A DNA stretch of 64,000 bases from positions 1 through 64,000 of the forward strand of contig JBGPQV010000007.1 in NCBI GenBank assembly GCA_041489255.1. The letters run 5' to 3'. Under the pieces are notes generated by a model. It saw only the letters and a list, made by a program, of their open reading frames with translations, did not search any database and was not told the DNA's origin. This stretch comes from Thermoplasmata archaeon. Its GTDB lineage: Archaea > Thermoplasmatota > Thermoplasmata > RBG-16-68-12 > JAFNFQ01. Position numbers and translations under genes: made by a program. Shown piece after piece: positions 19,441-30,259 of this stretch. The stretch's first letter is position 1, and the number at the start of each line of letters is the position of its first letter.

Positions 19441-20043
19441 TCACACCGGCTTTAAGAGTTGCGGAAGCCCCGTCCAGCCGCGCTCATATGAGCGCTTCAT
19501 CTCAGCTTCGAAGCGGAAGCGCTCCTGCTTGCGCTTGACGAATACCCAGGCCTCTCGGAGCTCCCCCGGGCTCGGCCCATCGTATCGTTCCGTCTTCACC
19601 TTGATGACCTTGTCTCCGATGAAGGTCATCGAACAGTTGAAGGAAGGGAGCGGCGTGATATGGTCGTACCCTGTGGTGGTGAAGTGAGAACCGTGGTAAC
19701 GGTAGGTATGGACTTCTGTTTTTCCGAAGTCCTCGAGCTTCGGGGGAGGGAGTATCTCGAACACAACGCTCGCGAGATTGTTCCAGATGATAGTTTTCCT
19801 GAACAGCGTTCGCCGGTAGCTCACTCCGGTGCTGTCGAGCTGGAACCGCATCGGCCACCAGCCCACGAAGGCGACGACGAGAATACATGCGACCAGCAGC
19901 AGAGCCACGGGGACGGCACCTTCCAGGGGAATATAGACGAGAACGATGAACAGAGCGACGGTGATCATGATCATCGCGAGGAACGTGTGCCAAACGGGCG
20001 TGCGCAGCATGTCGATCCTGTTCATATCTGGGCCAGCGCGCAT
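19441..20043 (-). CDS. Hypothetical membrane protein (2 TM + PH-like domain)
   Basis: Two TM segments then LDSTGVSYRR...IIWNNL pattern; start uncertain. Confidence 0.6.
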   Translation of the reverse strand: MRAGPDMNRIDMLRTPVWHTFLAMIMITVALFIVLVYIPLEGAVPVALLLVACILVVAFVGWWPMRFQLDSTGVSYRRTLFRKTIIWNNLASVVFEILPPPKLEDFGKTEVHTYRYHGSHFTTTGYDHITPLPSFNCSMTFIGDKVIKVKTERYDGPSPGELREAWVFVKRKQERFRFEAEMKRSYERGWTGLPQLLKPV

Positions 20044-20131
20044 CACCTCTTCAGTACCGGACACGCCGTAAACCTCTGCATATGATGCAACGATACGCAC
20101 CTTAATAGTTCCTCAGGCAATCCGCCCCAGC

Positions 20132-20422
20132 GTGGAAGTCCGCTGCCGTCTCGAGCTCAACTACGCAGATCCGCAAGAAGCCGAGAACGTTCTGAAGGCC
20201 GTCGCGGTCGACAACGAGGGCTTCGTCGCTGCAAGGAGAGAAGGAAGTTCGATAATCTCGGAAATCTCTTCCGGGAACATCCTGAGCCTCGTCCAGACGA
20301 TCGAGGACTACCTCGCGTGCGTATCAATCGCTGAGAAGACGATCAAGGCGGCGGGGGAACGCCCTCGCGCACGTGAACCGCCACGCCCTTCTCGAAAGCG
20401 AGCATCTCGCCGCGGGTCATGA
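20132..20422 (+). CDS. pcc1: KEOPS complex subunit Pcc1
   Basis: Small protein with LELNY.DP..A..V..A...DN...SL..TI.DYL...IAE pattern. Confidence 0.8.
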   Translation: MEVRCRLELNYADPQEAENVLKAVAVDNEGFVAARREGSSIISEISSGNILSLVQTIEDYLACVSIAEKTIKAAGERPRAREPPRPSRKRASRRGS

Positions 20423-22280
20423 AGAGCCTGCCCACCGCCGCGAGCTCGTCCTTCTGGTCGACGACTAAGCACTCATCGCCCGGTCTGAGCTCCGAGTCGC
20501 AGTCGAGGACGAACTTCGCGAACACGTTCTTGCCCTGGCGGTTGAACTCCGCCGTTTCCGTCTCGACGACGACGCGCAGCGCGGGTGCGGGGAACGCGCG
20601 ATGCAGCAGCCTGCCGCCATCGACCTTAAGGGAGAACATGCCATCGTGAGCCCTCATGGAGAGGATGTGCTTCCCGTCACGGATCACGTTCCTGATTCGG
20701 TCGGTGTTCGGGGATTTGACGAACTCGATCTTCCCGCCAAGGAGCGCGTCGGCTGAACCCCGCCCGAACTGGACATCCGCAACAGCCCTGACGCGCATCA
20801 TGTCCCAGTCCGGTTTACCGCCATCGCCCGCCTTCGGGAGCTGATTCAATGTGTCCGGCCCCGACCACGTGAAACCTTGCGTGTATCCATGAGCCCTGAC
20901 GTACTGCTGCGCGAAGACCTCGGACGCTTCGAGAGCCTCGATGTCAAGCTCCTCCGGCACAATCGACTGGGAGAAGGGATAGAGCTCGTCGAGCTCGATC
21001 GGGACGGGCCCCAGTGCAGACTTCACGATCATGTGGGCGCCGCAGCGGTGGCTGATCGCCTCGATCTCCCACTCCCGCCGGCGAGCGTACGGCTTCGGAC
21101 CCTCGGGGAATATCACCAGGGTGGCCTTGCTTGGCGGGGAGTAGCGCGTCTGCAACAGCTTCCTGAGCCTCTGGAGTCCGGGGCGGTGCACCGATTCCGG
21201 TCCTACGTACAGGAACGCGCTCGGCCGGCTGGCGGGCTCGAATTCCTGGAGGAAATCGACGTGGAGCCTCAGCTCCCGCAGAGCATCGAGGAGAGTCGGA
21301 TGGCTCCTGCATCTTCTCTCCACCAATTCCCAAAGTTCACCGGTCTTGATCGCGTTGCGAACTGTCTTCAACTCGCTGAAGCTCGCGAAAAGATTGTGGC
21401 GGGCGAGCAACTTGACGTCTTGGCGAAAATCCTCGACACTGTGAGTCGAGCAGGCGGGGCAGTCGCAGGGCAGCGACTCCATCTCCTCCAGGTGGCGGGT
21501 GCCGTCGGCGAACATCATCCTTCCCGCCCTCGCGTACTTGTCGTAGGATGACGAATCGAACAGGTCGCAGCCGAGGAGCACCGCGAGAGCGAAGATCATC
21601 GGGTGTCCGGCTCCGAAGAGGTGCACGGGCCTCTCCGGTCCAAGCCCTCGTTTCGCGGCGATGATGACCCTCACGAGGTCACGGAACCGGTAGGACTCCA
21701 TCAGGGGCACCACGCCGCCGATCGCATGAATCGCGACATCGATGCGCGAAAGTTCGCGAGCGCATTTCTCCCTCAGGTCGGGGAAAACCCCGCCTTGGAC
21801 CGCCCCGATGAGGTTCATCTCCCCCCGGAGACCCGCCGCTTCCCGAGCCCGGTCAAGCGTCTCTCCCATGTCGGCCTCGACGCGGTAACGGTTGTGCTCG
21901 GGCTCCGAGAAGATGTCGAGGACCGCGCCGAAGTCGGAGCCGATGTCCCGCTGGAACGTCACTATCTCCTGGTTCGTCACGTCCGCCCCACCATAGACAT
22001 GTGACTGGAAAGCGCCCGAATCGGTCATGACGGGCCCGTCGAAGTCGATGAGGCCGTGCAGACCATGCTCGAGCGCCCGCTGCCTGGATTCGGACCGCCA
22101 GATCGTGTATGAGTTCGTCATCACAATCTCCGCGCCGAACCTGTCCTTCATCTCCCTGGCGGTGATGTCCTGGGCGATGGGGTGCAGGACCGGCGCGAGG
22201 TTCGGAGTTGTGACCTTGCCCCGCTTCGTCTCAATCGTCCCGAGGCGGGCGAGGCCATCCCTGTCCCTGAGCTCGAACAC
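20343..22280 (-). CDS. tgtA: Archaeosine tRNA-guanine(15) transglycosylase with PUA domain
   Basis: RDGLARLG, MTDSGAFQ, IGGVVPLME, PVHLFGAGHP, GCDLFDS, PCDCPAC, C-terminal PUA. Confidence 0.96.
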   Translation of the reverse strand: MFELRDRDGLARLGTIETKRGKVTTPNLAPVLHPIAQDITAREMKDRFGAEIVMTNSYTIWRSESRQRALEHGLHGLIDFDGPVMTDSGAFQSHVYGGADVTNQEIVTFQRDIGSDFGAVLDIFSEPEHNRYRVEADMGETLDRAREAAGLRGEMNLIGAVQGGVFPDLREKCARELSRIDVAIHAIGGVVPLMESYRFRDLVRVIIAAKRGLGPERPVHLFGAGHPMIFALAVLLGCDLFDSSSYDKYARAGRMMFADGTRHLEEMESLPCDCPACSTHSVEDFRQDVKLLARHNLFASFSELKTVRNAIKTGELWELVERRCRSHPTLLDALRELRLHVDFLQEFEPASRPSAFLYVGPESVHRPGLQRLRKLLQTRYSPPSKATLVIFPEGPKPYARRREWEIEAISHRCGAHMIVKSALGPVPIELDELYPFSQSIVPEELDIEALEASEVFAQQYVRAHGYTQGFTWSGPDTLNQLPKAGDGGKPDWDMMRVRAVADVQFGRGSADALLGGKIEFVKSPNTDRIRNVIRDGKHILSMRAHDGMFSLKVDGGRLLHRAFPAPALRVVVETETAEFNRQGKNVFAKFVLDCDSELRPGDECLVVDQKDELAAVGRLFMTRGEMLAFEKGVAVHVREGVPPPP

Positions 22281-22427
22281 GATGACCGTATCGGCACTCG
22301 CTCTTTACGCTTTGTTGCTGGACGGACATGTCATTCGTACCTTCGCTACTTATTTATATCAAACAAGGGCCTGAGATGTCGCAGACGCGAGCATCGGATG
22401 TGAGCGATCCGGTGCGACACCCCTCTA

Positions 22428-25400
22428 ATGACAGGGGAATCTACGAAGGAGGAGCGGAGCATGGAAGCGCCAGCCCTTCGCGGCAGGTCGCGATATCTTC
22501 GTGGACTAGCGATCGCGGTAGTCGTTCTTTCGTCGGTCCTGGCGTTGTTGCCCGAGCTGTCGCGCAATGGCGGGGCCGCGCAGCCGGTGTTCAGCCGGCC
22601 GAACGTCCGGATCGATACCGCCGCACTCGCGGCGGAGGCCTCGATGGTGGGCGGCCCGACGATTGCGGTGGACGCCGCAGGCATCCTCCACGCGGTCTGG
22701 GCTGACACACTCACGGTCACTGACAAGGGCATATTCTATGCGAGGTCGCTCGATGACGGCACGACATGGACAGGCGGGCTCAGGATAGATCAGTCCCCCG
22801 GACCAGTCAACATCGCGCCCTCAATCACGGTGGACGCCACTGGAGGAATGCACGACGGCAACATCTATGTCGTTTGGCAACGCGGCGAGACGACGAACGT
22901 CGAGTCGCTATTCGTCGAGTCGCTCGATGGCGGGACGAGCTGGGTCAACCTGCGCACGATCGACACGGCCCCGTCCGGTTCAACGGGCATGTATCCGCGC
23001 GTTGCGGTGGACAGCGCCGGCACGGTGTATGTGGCCTACATGGCGGGCAGCGTGGGGAGATACTCGATCTCCGAGGCGATGTCTGCCGACGGCGGCGTCA
23101 CTTGGTCCTTCGGTTCCATCCTCCCGCCGAGCGTGAGCTTCCAGGGATACCAGAGCATCGCCGCGAGAGGCGGGCTGGTGTGCGTGGCCTGGGAGGAGAG
23201 CACCGCGCTGAGCGACGGCCTCTGGATCTCTGCGTCGATAGACAAAGGCTTCACATGGAGCAAGAACTCGATCATCGCGTTCGGCTCAGGGATGCAGGAC
23301 GCCTCGTGGGTCTCCGTGGCCGTGGACGACAGCAGCGTGATCCATGCGGCGTGGGTGGCCGCTGACGAAATGGGGAGCTCCTCGGTGGCCTACTCCAATT
23401 CGAAGGATCGCGGCTTGACGTGGACTGCCCCGGTGAAGGTCAGCGACTCCCCGTCCTCGGTCACATACTCCGCCCACAGCGTGACCGTGCTCGCTTCCTC
23501 GGGCCCCCTGTATGTTGTCTGGTCAGACAACAGGCACGGGGACTACGATGTCTACGCATCATGGTCCGCGGACCACGGCGCAACGTGGGGCGATGGCGTG
23601 CCTGACAACGATGTGAGGGTCGACGACACGGACGAGAACGGCGTCACCCTGGACGACGCTTCATTCCAGGCCGCCTCCTCGGCAGTCAAGGACCACGACG
23701 GTGTCTACGCGATATGGTCAGACAACAGGGACGTTTCGACCTTCAACGTGTACTTCTCCGCGTTCGACCTCTCCGACGTGATGATAACCGAGATAAGAGA
23801 CAGCCCCGATGGCATGGAGGAAGTCGAGATCTACAACGCTGTCAAGGATAACGTGGACTTGACGGGATGGATTCTGGAGGTCGACGGGATGCAGATATCG
23901 TTGTCGCCCCTCGGCTTGATCGGGCCGAACACCTATTGGACGATCGGCGATCCCGTTTCGTCCGGCATCCCGCGCGACATCACGCTTGGTGATGAGGGGG
24001 GCATCGTCAGGCTCCTGGATTCGACCGGGGCGGAGATTGACAGTGTGGCCTACGGCCAGCTCGGCCCCGCGCCTGACCCGATCGATGGCGAATCGGTCGC
24101 CCGAGTCCTCGTCGGGGCATCGTACCGTCAGGCTTGGACCAGGGCGCAGATCCCCACATTCGGTTCAATGAACAAAGTGCTTGCGCCGAACTCGGGCAAA
24201 GATCTCGTGCTCAACGAGGTCTTCTTCAGCGCGGCGAACCCGGATGACAGGTTCATCGAGGTCCATCTCAACGGCGTGCGGGCGCTGGACATCGGCGGAT
24301 ATGTCATAGCAGGCGACGCAGCCCACGCGCTCCCATCGGTCATCCTCACGGACACCGACAGGGAGTTCGCGTTCCGCCCCTCGGACGCCCCCGCGCTCTT
24401 CAACCTGATGGACGCATCGGGCGACAATCTCTACCTGTACGACCCCTCGGGGGCTCTAGTGGACATGGTCGGGTGGAGCTCGGCACATCCGCAGGGAACG
24501 AGCATGTCGCGCGTTCCGGACGGCTTCGGGAGCTCGAGCGGCTATGACGACGCGAGTTCCATTGCGGCGGGCTGGATGTTCGATCGTAATCCATCGTTGC
24601 CTTTCGTGTCGGTCGGCCCCGACCAGATAGGCTATGCGAATCCTGGCGACCGCGTCTATTATGCCTTGTACGCGAAGAACAAGGAATCAACCGACGCGTA
24701 CGTGAACGTCGAGGCATTCCCGAGCGGGGAGGGTTGGGTGGCGGCTCTGCTCAAGAGCGGTGATTTGACGCCCCTGGCCGATTCCCCGGGCGACCCTGAC
24801 AACACCCCCGACCTCGGACTGCTGGCGCCAGGCGCGTCAGCAGTCTTCCTCGTCGCGGTCAATGTTCCGACGATCCGCCCCGGCAACGAGTCAGAGACGA
24901 CTCGCGTGATGGTTTCGATCGCGTCGGACCCGTTGGCGAGGTCGACCGCCACCCTGAAGACCATGCTCTATCCTTACGAGTCGCCGACGGCCGCCGCCAG
25001 CCCGTCCACAATATGGATCACCAGTGCCCCTCCTGCCTGTCAGCCGAAGGAATCCGTGATGCAGCTGAAGGTGTCGGGGATGGGAACGCCGGTCTACGGC
25101 GGCAACGTCCAGGACACGATCATGGTGATGGACAGCTCCGGGAGCATGTACGACAGCGATCCGACCGACCTGAGACTGGAGGCAGCGAAGCACTATGTGG
25201 ATCTCATGAAAGCCCCGGACAGGGCCGCTGTCGTGCGCTTCGCAGACACCGCGACCCTCGTCAACGGAGATTATCTGAGCTCGGACTACGCGCGAGTCAA
25301 GGCGAACATCGACACGATCACCACTTCGGGGGGCACGGACATCTACGACGCGATCCGCATCTCGACTGACGAGCTCATCACGTATGGAGACGACAATCAC

Positions 25401-27845
25401 GTTTGGATTCAGGTATTGCTGACGGACGGCGTGGAGACGATGGGTCACACGCGCGACATGATACTCGGAGAGGCACAGCGAGCCGCATCAAGCAATATCA
25501 AGATCTTCACCATCGGGCTCGGGAATTTCGCTGACGAGAGTCTGCTGATGGCGATCGCGGACATGACGGGGGCATTGTACGTGAAAGCCAATGCAGCGGA
25601 GGATCTGGACCAGATCTACCTGATGATTGGGAATGTCACCAAGGCGATTGCGGGCTACGACGACGACGTGACCGACGACATCCCGATGATCAACGTCTAC
25701 CTTCCCGATTTCATCAACTACGTCCCCGGGAGCGCAATCCCCCCGCCGGGGTATGTGGGTGAGTACGCGGGGATGACGAACCTTCAATGGAATATATCTC
25801 AACTGAAGGTGGCGCAGAGCTGGACCGCCACTTTCAGGATCACGTCCGACCTCGAGGGGTACGGGGAGAGGGCGCTCTACTATCCGCTGAGCAGGGTCAC
25901 GTACCTCCGCCACGACGACCTGCGCGTGAACGTGCCGTTCCCGGTGACGCTCATCGACGTCCTCGGCGTCCCCGTCTTCCCCGACCTGAGCGTGTCGTCC
26001 TCGGACATTGTGTTGTCCTCGCCACCGCCGTTCGTCGAGGGCGACGTGGTGTCCGTCACCGCAACGATCCACAACACGGGCCAGGCACCCTCGGGACAGA
26101 CGATGGCCACCTTCCACGATGGCTTGCCGCCAGCGCCGCAGATTGGCCCGAGCCAGCCGCTGAACCAAATGGACCCGGGACTCACGCAGGACGTCTCCAT
26201 CCTGTGGACCGCGCTCGGCCCGGGGCCACATACGATATGCGTCTTCGCCGACCCCGGTGATCTTGTCGTCGAGGAGAGCGAGTTGAACAACATCGCATGC
26301 GTGAACGTGGATGTGCTGCCGCTGCCGCCGACGATGCCCGATTACGTCCCGTACCTGCCTGAGCCAAGATCGCATATGAAGGCGGCTCTGTCCGCCACCG
26401 TGACGCTCTCTATCCTGGTGGCGAATGTAGGGAATGCATCTGCCTCGACGAGCTCCACGCTCGCGATCGGGAATCTCACGGGCCCGCCTTTCGCACAGTC
26501 CACGCTGCCGCCTCTGCCTGAATCCGGGACGTCCGCTCGGCTCTACGCCACATGGACGGCTCCATCCGTCCCCGGGTCCTACACCGTCAGAGCGCGCGCG
26601 GACTATTTCGATGAGGTCGCAGAGTGGGACGAGTCCAACAACGAATACACTTGGACGATCGAGGTAGTGCCGGCCCCAATCACGTCGCTCGTTGTCGGCG
26701 ACCCGCACCATGAAGCCGCACGCTCCTACGTCACCTCCTCGACCCCCATTGACCTCTCTGTTGATGACCGAGGAGGAACGGGCATCCTGTTCACGGATTA
26801 TCGGGTGGACGACGCCGGCTGGGTGAACTACACGGCGGAGGGGCGTTTCTTCCTGCATGGTGATGGCGCGCACAGCGTCGACTGGTATTCCGCGGACCGC
26901 GTGGGAAACAGGGAGGCGATGGAATCCGCCGTCATCGTTGTCGACAATACCCCTCCCGCAACGACCTTGCTCATCGGCGATCCGAAGTATGCCCCGGAAA
27001 GTTGTTACGTCACCTCGCGGACGCCGCTGTCCCTGGAGGCCGAGGATGGCGGTGCGATGCCCGTGGGACTGGAAGGGACATCGTTCCGGGTCTGGGACGG
27101 AGCGTGGTCACAGTGGTCGCCCTTCGATTCTCAGTTCATGCTGGAGGGACCAGACGGCGTCAGGTACGTCGAATTCCGGTCCACTGACCTGCTGGGCAAC
27201 TCGGAGGCAGTCGCCAACATGACCGTCATCGTTGACGACACGGCGCCTGCGATGACGCTGGATCCCGAGGACTCGCTAATCGCTGCCGACACCGCCTTCA
27301 CGTTGGCCGCTGACGATGGCGAGGGGAGCGGGGTGAGGCTTCTCTGGATCAGCATCGACAGCGGATTGATTGGCCCTTACAGCGGCCCCTTCACCTTGCA
27401 GGGCGGCACGCACAGGATCGCCTACATGTCCGCCGACAATCTCGGCAACACCGGGCAGCAGGAGAGGATTGTGCAGGTGGTCCAGGGGGATGTGGCGCCG
27501 GTCGTCGTGAGGTTCAACTACAAGCCGACGATCGCGTTCCTGTTCTCGCTGTTGCTTATCGGGGCCGCGGCATTGTCGGCGAGGAAGAGGACGCTGCGCT
27601 GGTGCAAGGTCCCGTGGAGGAAGTTCCTGGTGTCATGGGCACTGCTCGCGATGCCGTTCGTCCTCGCGGAGGCCGTGACCGGTTTCATCTCCGTTTACTT
27701 CGAGCCGATGAGGATCCCGCCGCTCATCGGGTGGGGCATGGTGGTGGACACGCTCGTGCTTGGCGTTGGGACATCTGTGGTGCTGGGGCGGTTGCTGTGG
27801 CTAGGAGGAAGAAAGGGACGCAAGCCCGAGTCTGGGAAAACGTGA
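22428..27845 (+). CDS. Large surface protein: BNR/sialidase-like repeats, lamin-tail-like domains, vWA, CARDB, Ig-like repeats, C-terminal TM anchor
   Basis: S.DGG.TW Asp-boxes; MITEI/LNEV; MDSSGSM...LLTDG MIDAS; ESELNN/ESNN; VDNTPP; three C-terminal TM helices. Confidence 0.88.
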   Translation: MTGESTKEERSMEAPALRGRSRYLRGLAIAVVVLSSVLALLPELSRNGGAAQPVFSRPNVRIDTAALAAEASMVGGPTIAVDAAGILHAVWADTLTVTDKGIFYARSLDDGTTWTGGLRIDQSPGPVNIAPSITVDATGGMHDGNIYVVWQRGETTNVESLFVESLDGGTSWVNLRTIDTAPSGSTGMYPRVAVDSAGTVYVAYMAGSVGRYSISEAMSADGGVTWSFGSILPPSVSFQGYQSIAARGGLVCVAWEESTALSDGLWISASIDKGFTWSKNSIIAFGSGMQDASWVSVAVDDSSVIHAAWVAADEMGSSSVAYSNSKDRGLTWTAPVKVSDSPSSVTYSAHSVTVLASSGPLYVVWSDNRHGDYDVYASWSADHGATWGDGVPDNDVRVDDTDENGVTLDDASFQAASSAVKDHDGVYAIWSDNRDVSTFNVYFSAFDLSDVMITEIRDSPDGMEEVEIYNAVKDNVDLTGWILEVDGMQISLSPLGLIGPNTYWTIGDPVSSGIPRDITLGDEGGIVRLLDSTGAEIDSVAYGQLGPAPDPIDGESVARVLVGASYRQAWTRAQIPTFGSMNKVLAPNSGKDLVLNEVFFSAANPDDRFIEVHLNGVRALDIGGYVIAGDAAHALPSVILTDTDREFAFRPSDAPALFNLMDASGDNLYLYDPSGALVDMVGWSSAHPQGTSMSRVPDGFGSSSGYDDASSIAAGWMFDRNPSLPFVSVGPDQIGYANPGDRVYYALYAKNKESTDAYVNVEAFPSGEGWVAALLKSGDLTPLADSPGDPDNTPDLGLLAPGASAVFLVAVNVPTIRPGNESETTRVMVSIASDPLARSTATLKTMLYPYESPTAAASPSTIWITSAPPACQPKESVMQLKVSGMGTPVYGGNVQDTIMVMDSSGSMYDSDPTDLRLEAAKHYVDLMKAPDRAAVVRFADTATLVNGDYLSSDYARVKANIDTITTSGGTDIYDAIRISTDELITYGDDNHVWIQVLLTDGVETMGHTRDMILGEAQRAASSNIKIFTIGLGNFADESLLMAIADMTGALYVKANAAEDLDQIYLMIGNVTKAIAGYDDDVTDDIPMINVYLPDFINYVPGSAIPPPGYVGEYAGMTNLQWNISQLKVAQSWTATFRITSDLEGYGERALYYPLSRVTYLRHDDLRVNVPFPVTLIDVLGVPVFPDLSVSSSDIVLSSPPPFVEGDVVSVTATIHNTGQAPSGQTMATFHDGLPPAPQIGPSQPLNQMDPGLTQDVSILWTALGPGPHTICVFADPGDLVVEESELNNIACVNVDVLPLPPTMPDYVPYLPEPRSHMKAALSATVTLSILVANVGNASASTSSTLAIGNLTGPPFAQSTLPPLPESGTSARLYATWTAPSVPGSYTVRARADYFDEVAEWDESNNEYTWTIEVVPAPITSLVVGDPHHEAARSYVTSSTPIDLSVDDRGGTGILFTDYRVDDAGWVNYTAEGRFFLHGDGAHSVDWYSADRVGNREAMESAVIVVDNTPPATTLLIGDPKYAPESCYVTSRTPLSLEAEDGGAMPVGLEGTSFRVWDGAWSQWSPFDSQFMLEGPDGVRYVEFRSTDLLGNSEAVANMTVIVDDTAPAMTLDPEDSLIAADTAFTLAADDGEGSGVRLLWISIDSGLIGPYSGPFTLQGGTHRIAYMSADNLGNTGQQERIVQVVQGDVAPVVVRFNYKPTIAFLFSLLLIGAAALSARKRTLRWCKVPWRKFLVSWALLAMPFVLAEAVTGFISVYFEPMRIPPLIGWGMVVDTLVLGVGTSVVLGRLLWLGGRKGRKPESGKT

Positions 27846-27909
27846 CGAAACCTCCGGACACCGCAGAACTGACGCTCACCTGCTCGAAATCGTCTTATAC
27901 TGGCCGCCC

Positions 27910-28740
27910 GTGAATAAGGAATCGAGGACGGCGGGAGTCACGCTTCGCAACACCTTTGTGCACATCCCCGGCGTGGGTTACTCGACCGAGCGTCATCTCT
28001 GGGAAAAGGGTGTGCAGACCTGGGACGACTTCCGCGAGGAGCAAGGGACGCTCGACTTGCGTTCCGACGTCCTGGCGGCGATCTCGGGCGGCCTCGATAT
28101 CTCCGAGGACTCGTTGAAACGCCTCGACCACGTCTACTTCGCCAACGCCCTGCCTAGCCGGGAGTACTGGCGGGCGTATCCGGACTTCAAGCACGAGACG
28201 GCGTTCTTGGACATCGAGACGACCGGCCTGAGCCCCGAGGACAGCGTCGTGACGGTCATTGGCCTGTTCGACGGTCACAAGATGAGCTCGTTCGTGAGGG
28301 GGGATAACATCAGCGAGTTCCCGTCGGAGATGCGGCGCTACAAGCAGATAGTGACGTACAATGGGGCGAGGTTCGACCTCCCGTTCCTGCAGCAGGCCTT
28401 CAAGGGGATCCGCTTCGAGCAGATACACATCGACCTGCGCTATCCTCTGCGCCGCCTCGGCTTCGCCGGCGGGCTGAAGGCGATCGAGAGGCGGCTCGGC
28501 ATAGGCCGGAGCGGCGAGACGAGGGACCTGACCGGCCTTGACGCGGTGAGGCTCTGGCACGCCTACGAACAGGGGGACGACCATGCTCTGGACATCCTCT
28601 TGGAGTACAACGCAGAGGACGTGAGGAACCTCGAGGCGCTCATGGACCTCTCGTACTGCAGTCTGAAGAACGTCTACCTGCGCCACGGCTTCGCTTCGGG
28701 CGACGAATGGCGGGCGGACCTGAAGGTCAGCATTCCTTGA
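27910..28740 (+). CDS. RNase H-like exonuclease (YprB family)
   Basis: AFLDIETTGL, VTYNGARFDLPFL, GGLKAIE, YNAEDV. Confidence 0.9.
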   Translation: MNKESRTAGVTLRNTFVHIPGVGYSTERHLWEKGVQTWDDFREEQGTLDLRSDVLAAISGGLDISEDSLKRLDHVYFANALPSREYWRAYPDFKHETAFLDIETTGLSPEDSVVTVIGLFDGHKMSSFVRGDNISEFPSEMRRYKQIVTYNGARFDLPFLQQAFKGIRFEQIHIDLRYPLRRLGFAGGLKAIERRLGIGRSGETRDLTGLDAVRLWHAYEQGDDHALDILLEYNAEDVRNLEALMDLSYCSLKNVYLRHGFASGDEWRADLKVSIP

Positions 28741-28743
28741 ACA

Positions 28744-29088
28744 TCAGCCCAAGCGGGCAACGCCGCGGTACTCGTTGGCGGGATATTTCCTCTCGTTCTT
28801 GCGGACTTTCTCCTTGACAGCGTCGGAGAGGTCCCAGCCCTGTGCGTTCGCGAGGCTGAGGCAGTAGATCATGACGTCGGCGAGTTCGTCCTTCGCCTTC
28901 TCCGCCAGCCTCTCTTCCATGGCGCCGCCTTCGTCCTGCTCCCAGAGGAAGAGCTCGAGCAGCTCCGCCGCCTCGATGCTGAGCGCCATCGCGAGGTCCT
29001 TCGGCCTGTGGTACTTCTCCCAGTCCCTCTCGCCGACGAACTTGGCGACGATCTCCCGCAGCTCGCCGACGGTCGCATCGGAGTCCAT
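28744..29088 (-). CDS. MazG-like nucleotide pyrophosphohydrolase
   Basis: ERDWEKYH.PKDLAMALSIEAAELLELF, DELADVMIY, KNERKYP. Confidence 0.92.
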   Translation of the reverse strand: MDSDATVGELREIVAKFVGERDWEKYHRPKDLAMALSIEAAELLELFLWEQDEGGAMEERLAEKAKDELADVMIYCLSLANAQGWDLSDAVKEKVRKNERKYPANEYRGVARLG

Positions 29089-29278
29089 GCCCGGGGATTG
29101 GGGGATGGGGTTATGGTCGTTGCGCATCGGAGGATTGACTCGCGTGTCGATGGCAATTCGCAGTGATCGACTGGACGGTTCGTTGGCAAAACGACTTCTG
29201 GCCGGATGCCCCTGGGAGCCGGAGCAGTTCCCGACCGAGCCGAAACATTAAATAGGATCACTTCTGCTAAATCGCCTC

Positions 29279-29869
29279 GTGATAGAGCAGATAATCGGCT
29301 TCCTTCTACTCTTCTTCATCACCGGCATCACCTTCATCTACGCGCTCTTCCCGCGGAAGGGCGAGATGGACCCCCAGTACGACCTCCTCTACCGCCTCAC
29401 CTTCGGCGTCGTCATGAGCCTGGTGATACTCATCCTGTTCAGCTTCTCCCTGAATGCTCTTGGGACCGACACGTCAGGCTTCGGCTACGTCACCGGCCTG
29501 AACCTCTGGATCGGTCTCACCGTGCTCTCGGTCATGTTCTTCTGGATCGGGTGGTGGCGCGGGGCGTATCCGTGGATGGGCAAGCTGCACAAGAGCCTCC
29601 TCAGGTTCCCCCGGAGCCCGACATATTCGGTCCTCGCCGAGCTGAACGACGACAAGGAGACGTTCGCGAGGTTCAATGAACTGGCGGGTAAGCGTGAGAA
29701 GCTCAGGAGGGAGCTGAAGGACATCGAGAGGAGGGTCAAGCTGCAGACCGGTGGCCTGAAGGAGCACTATGAGAAGAAGAGGACCGAGGTGCAGGAGAGA
29801 CTGAAGAAGGTGGACGACGACCTGCGCGAGCTCGAGAGGAAGAGGTCGGAAGCGCTCTACATCAAATGA
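29279..29869 (+). CDS. Membrane protein (DUF1616-like N-terminus) with coiled-coil C-terminus
   Basis: Three TM helices, YALFPR motif, charged helical tail. Confidence 0.75.
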   Translation: MIEQIIGFLLLFFITGITFIYALFPRKGEMDPQYDLLYRLTFGVVMSLVILILFSFSLNALGTDTSGFGYVTGLNLWIGLTVLSVMFFWIGWWRGAYPWMGKLHKSLLRFPRSPTYSVLAELNDDKETFARFNELAGKREKLRRELKDIERRVKLQTGGLKEHYEKKRTEVQERLKKVDDDLRELERKRSEALYIK

Positions 29870-29882
29870 CCGAGGCGGGGAC

Positions 29883-30257
29883 ATGAAGAGGGTGGCGAGT
29901 CCGTTCGCATACAAGCTTGTCATCGCGGTGAGGGAGGACATCGAGTTCTCTCCCGGGAAGATGGCGGCGCAGGTCGCTCACGCGGCGGTGATGGCCTCTC
30001 TGGAGGCGAAGGCGAAGACGACCAAGTGGTTCTCCGAATGGATCAGGGAGGGCCAGAAGAAGGTCGTGGTGAGGGCGGAAAGCCTGGGCGAGCTGAAGGC
30101 GCTCGAGGCGGCGGCGAGGAGGCTGAAGCTGCCCACGGCGCTGGTCCAGGACGCCGGGATGACCGAACTCCCCCCAGGGACTGTGACATGCCTCGGGGTC
30201 GGCCCAGGTCCGGACAACATAGTCGACCAGGTCACGGGCAACCTGCCGCTGTGGTGA
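29883..30257 (+). CDS. pth2: Peptidyl-tRNA hydrolase (Pth2)
   Basis: GKMAAQVAHA, GQKKVVV, VQDAGMTE..PGT.TCLG.GP. Confidence 0.96.
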   Translation: MKRVASPFAYKLVIAVREDIEFSPGKMAAQVAHAAVMASLEAKAKTTKWFSEWIREGQKKVVVRAESLGELKALEAAARRLKLPTALVQDAGMTELPPGTVTCLGVGPGPDNIVDQVTGNLPLW

Positions 30258-30259
30258 GC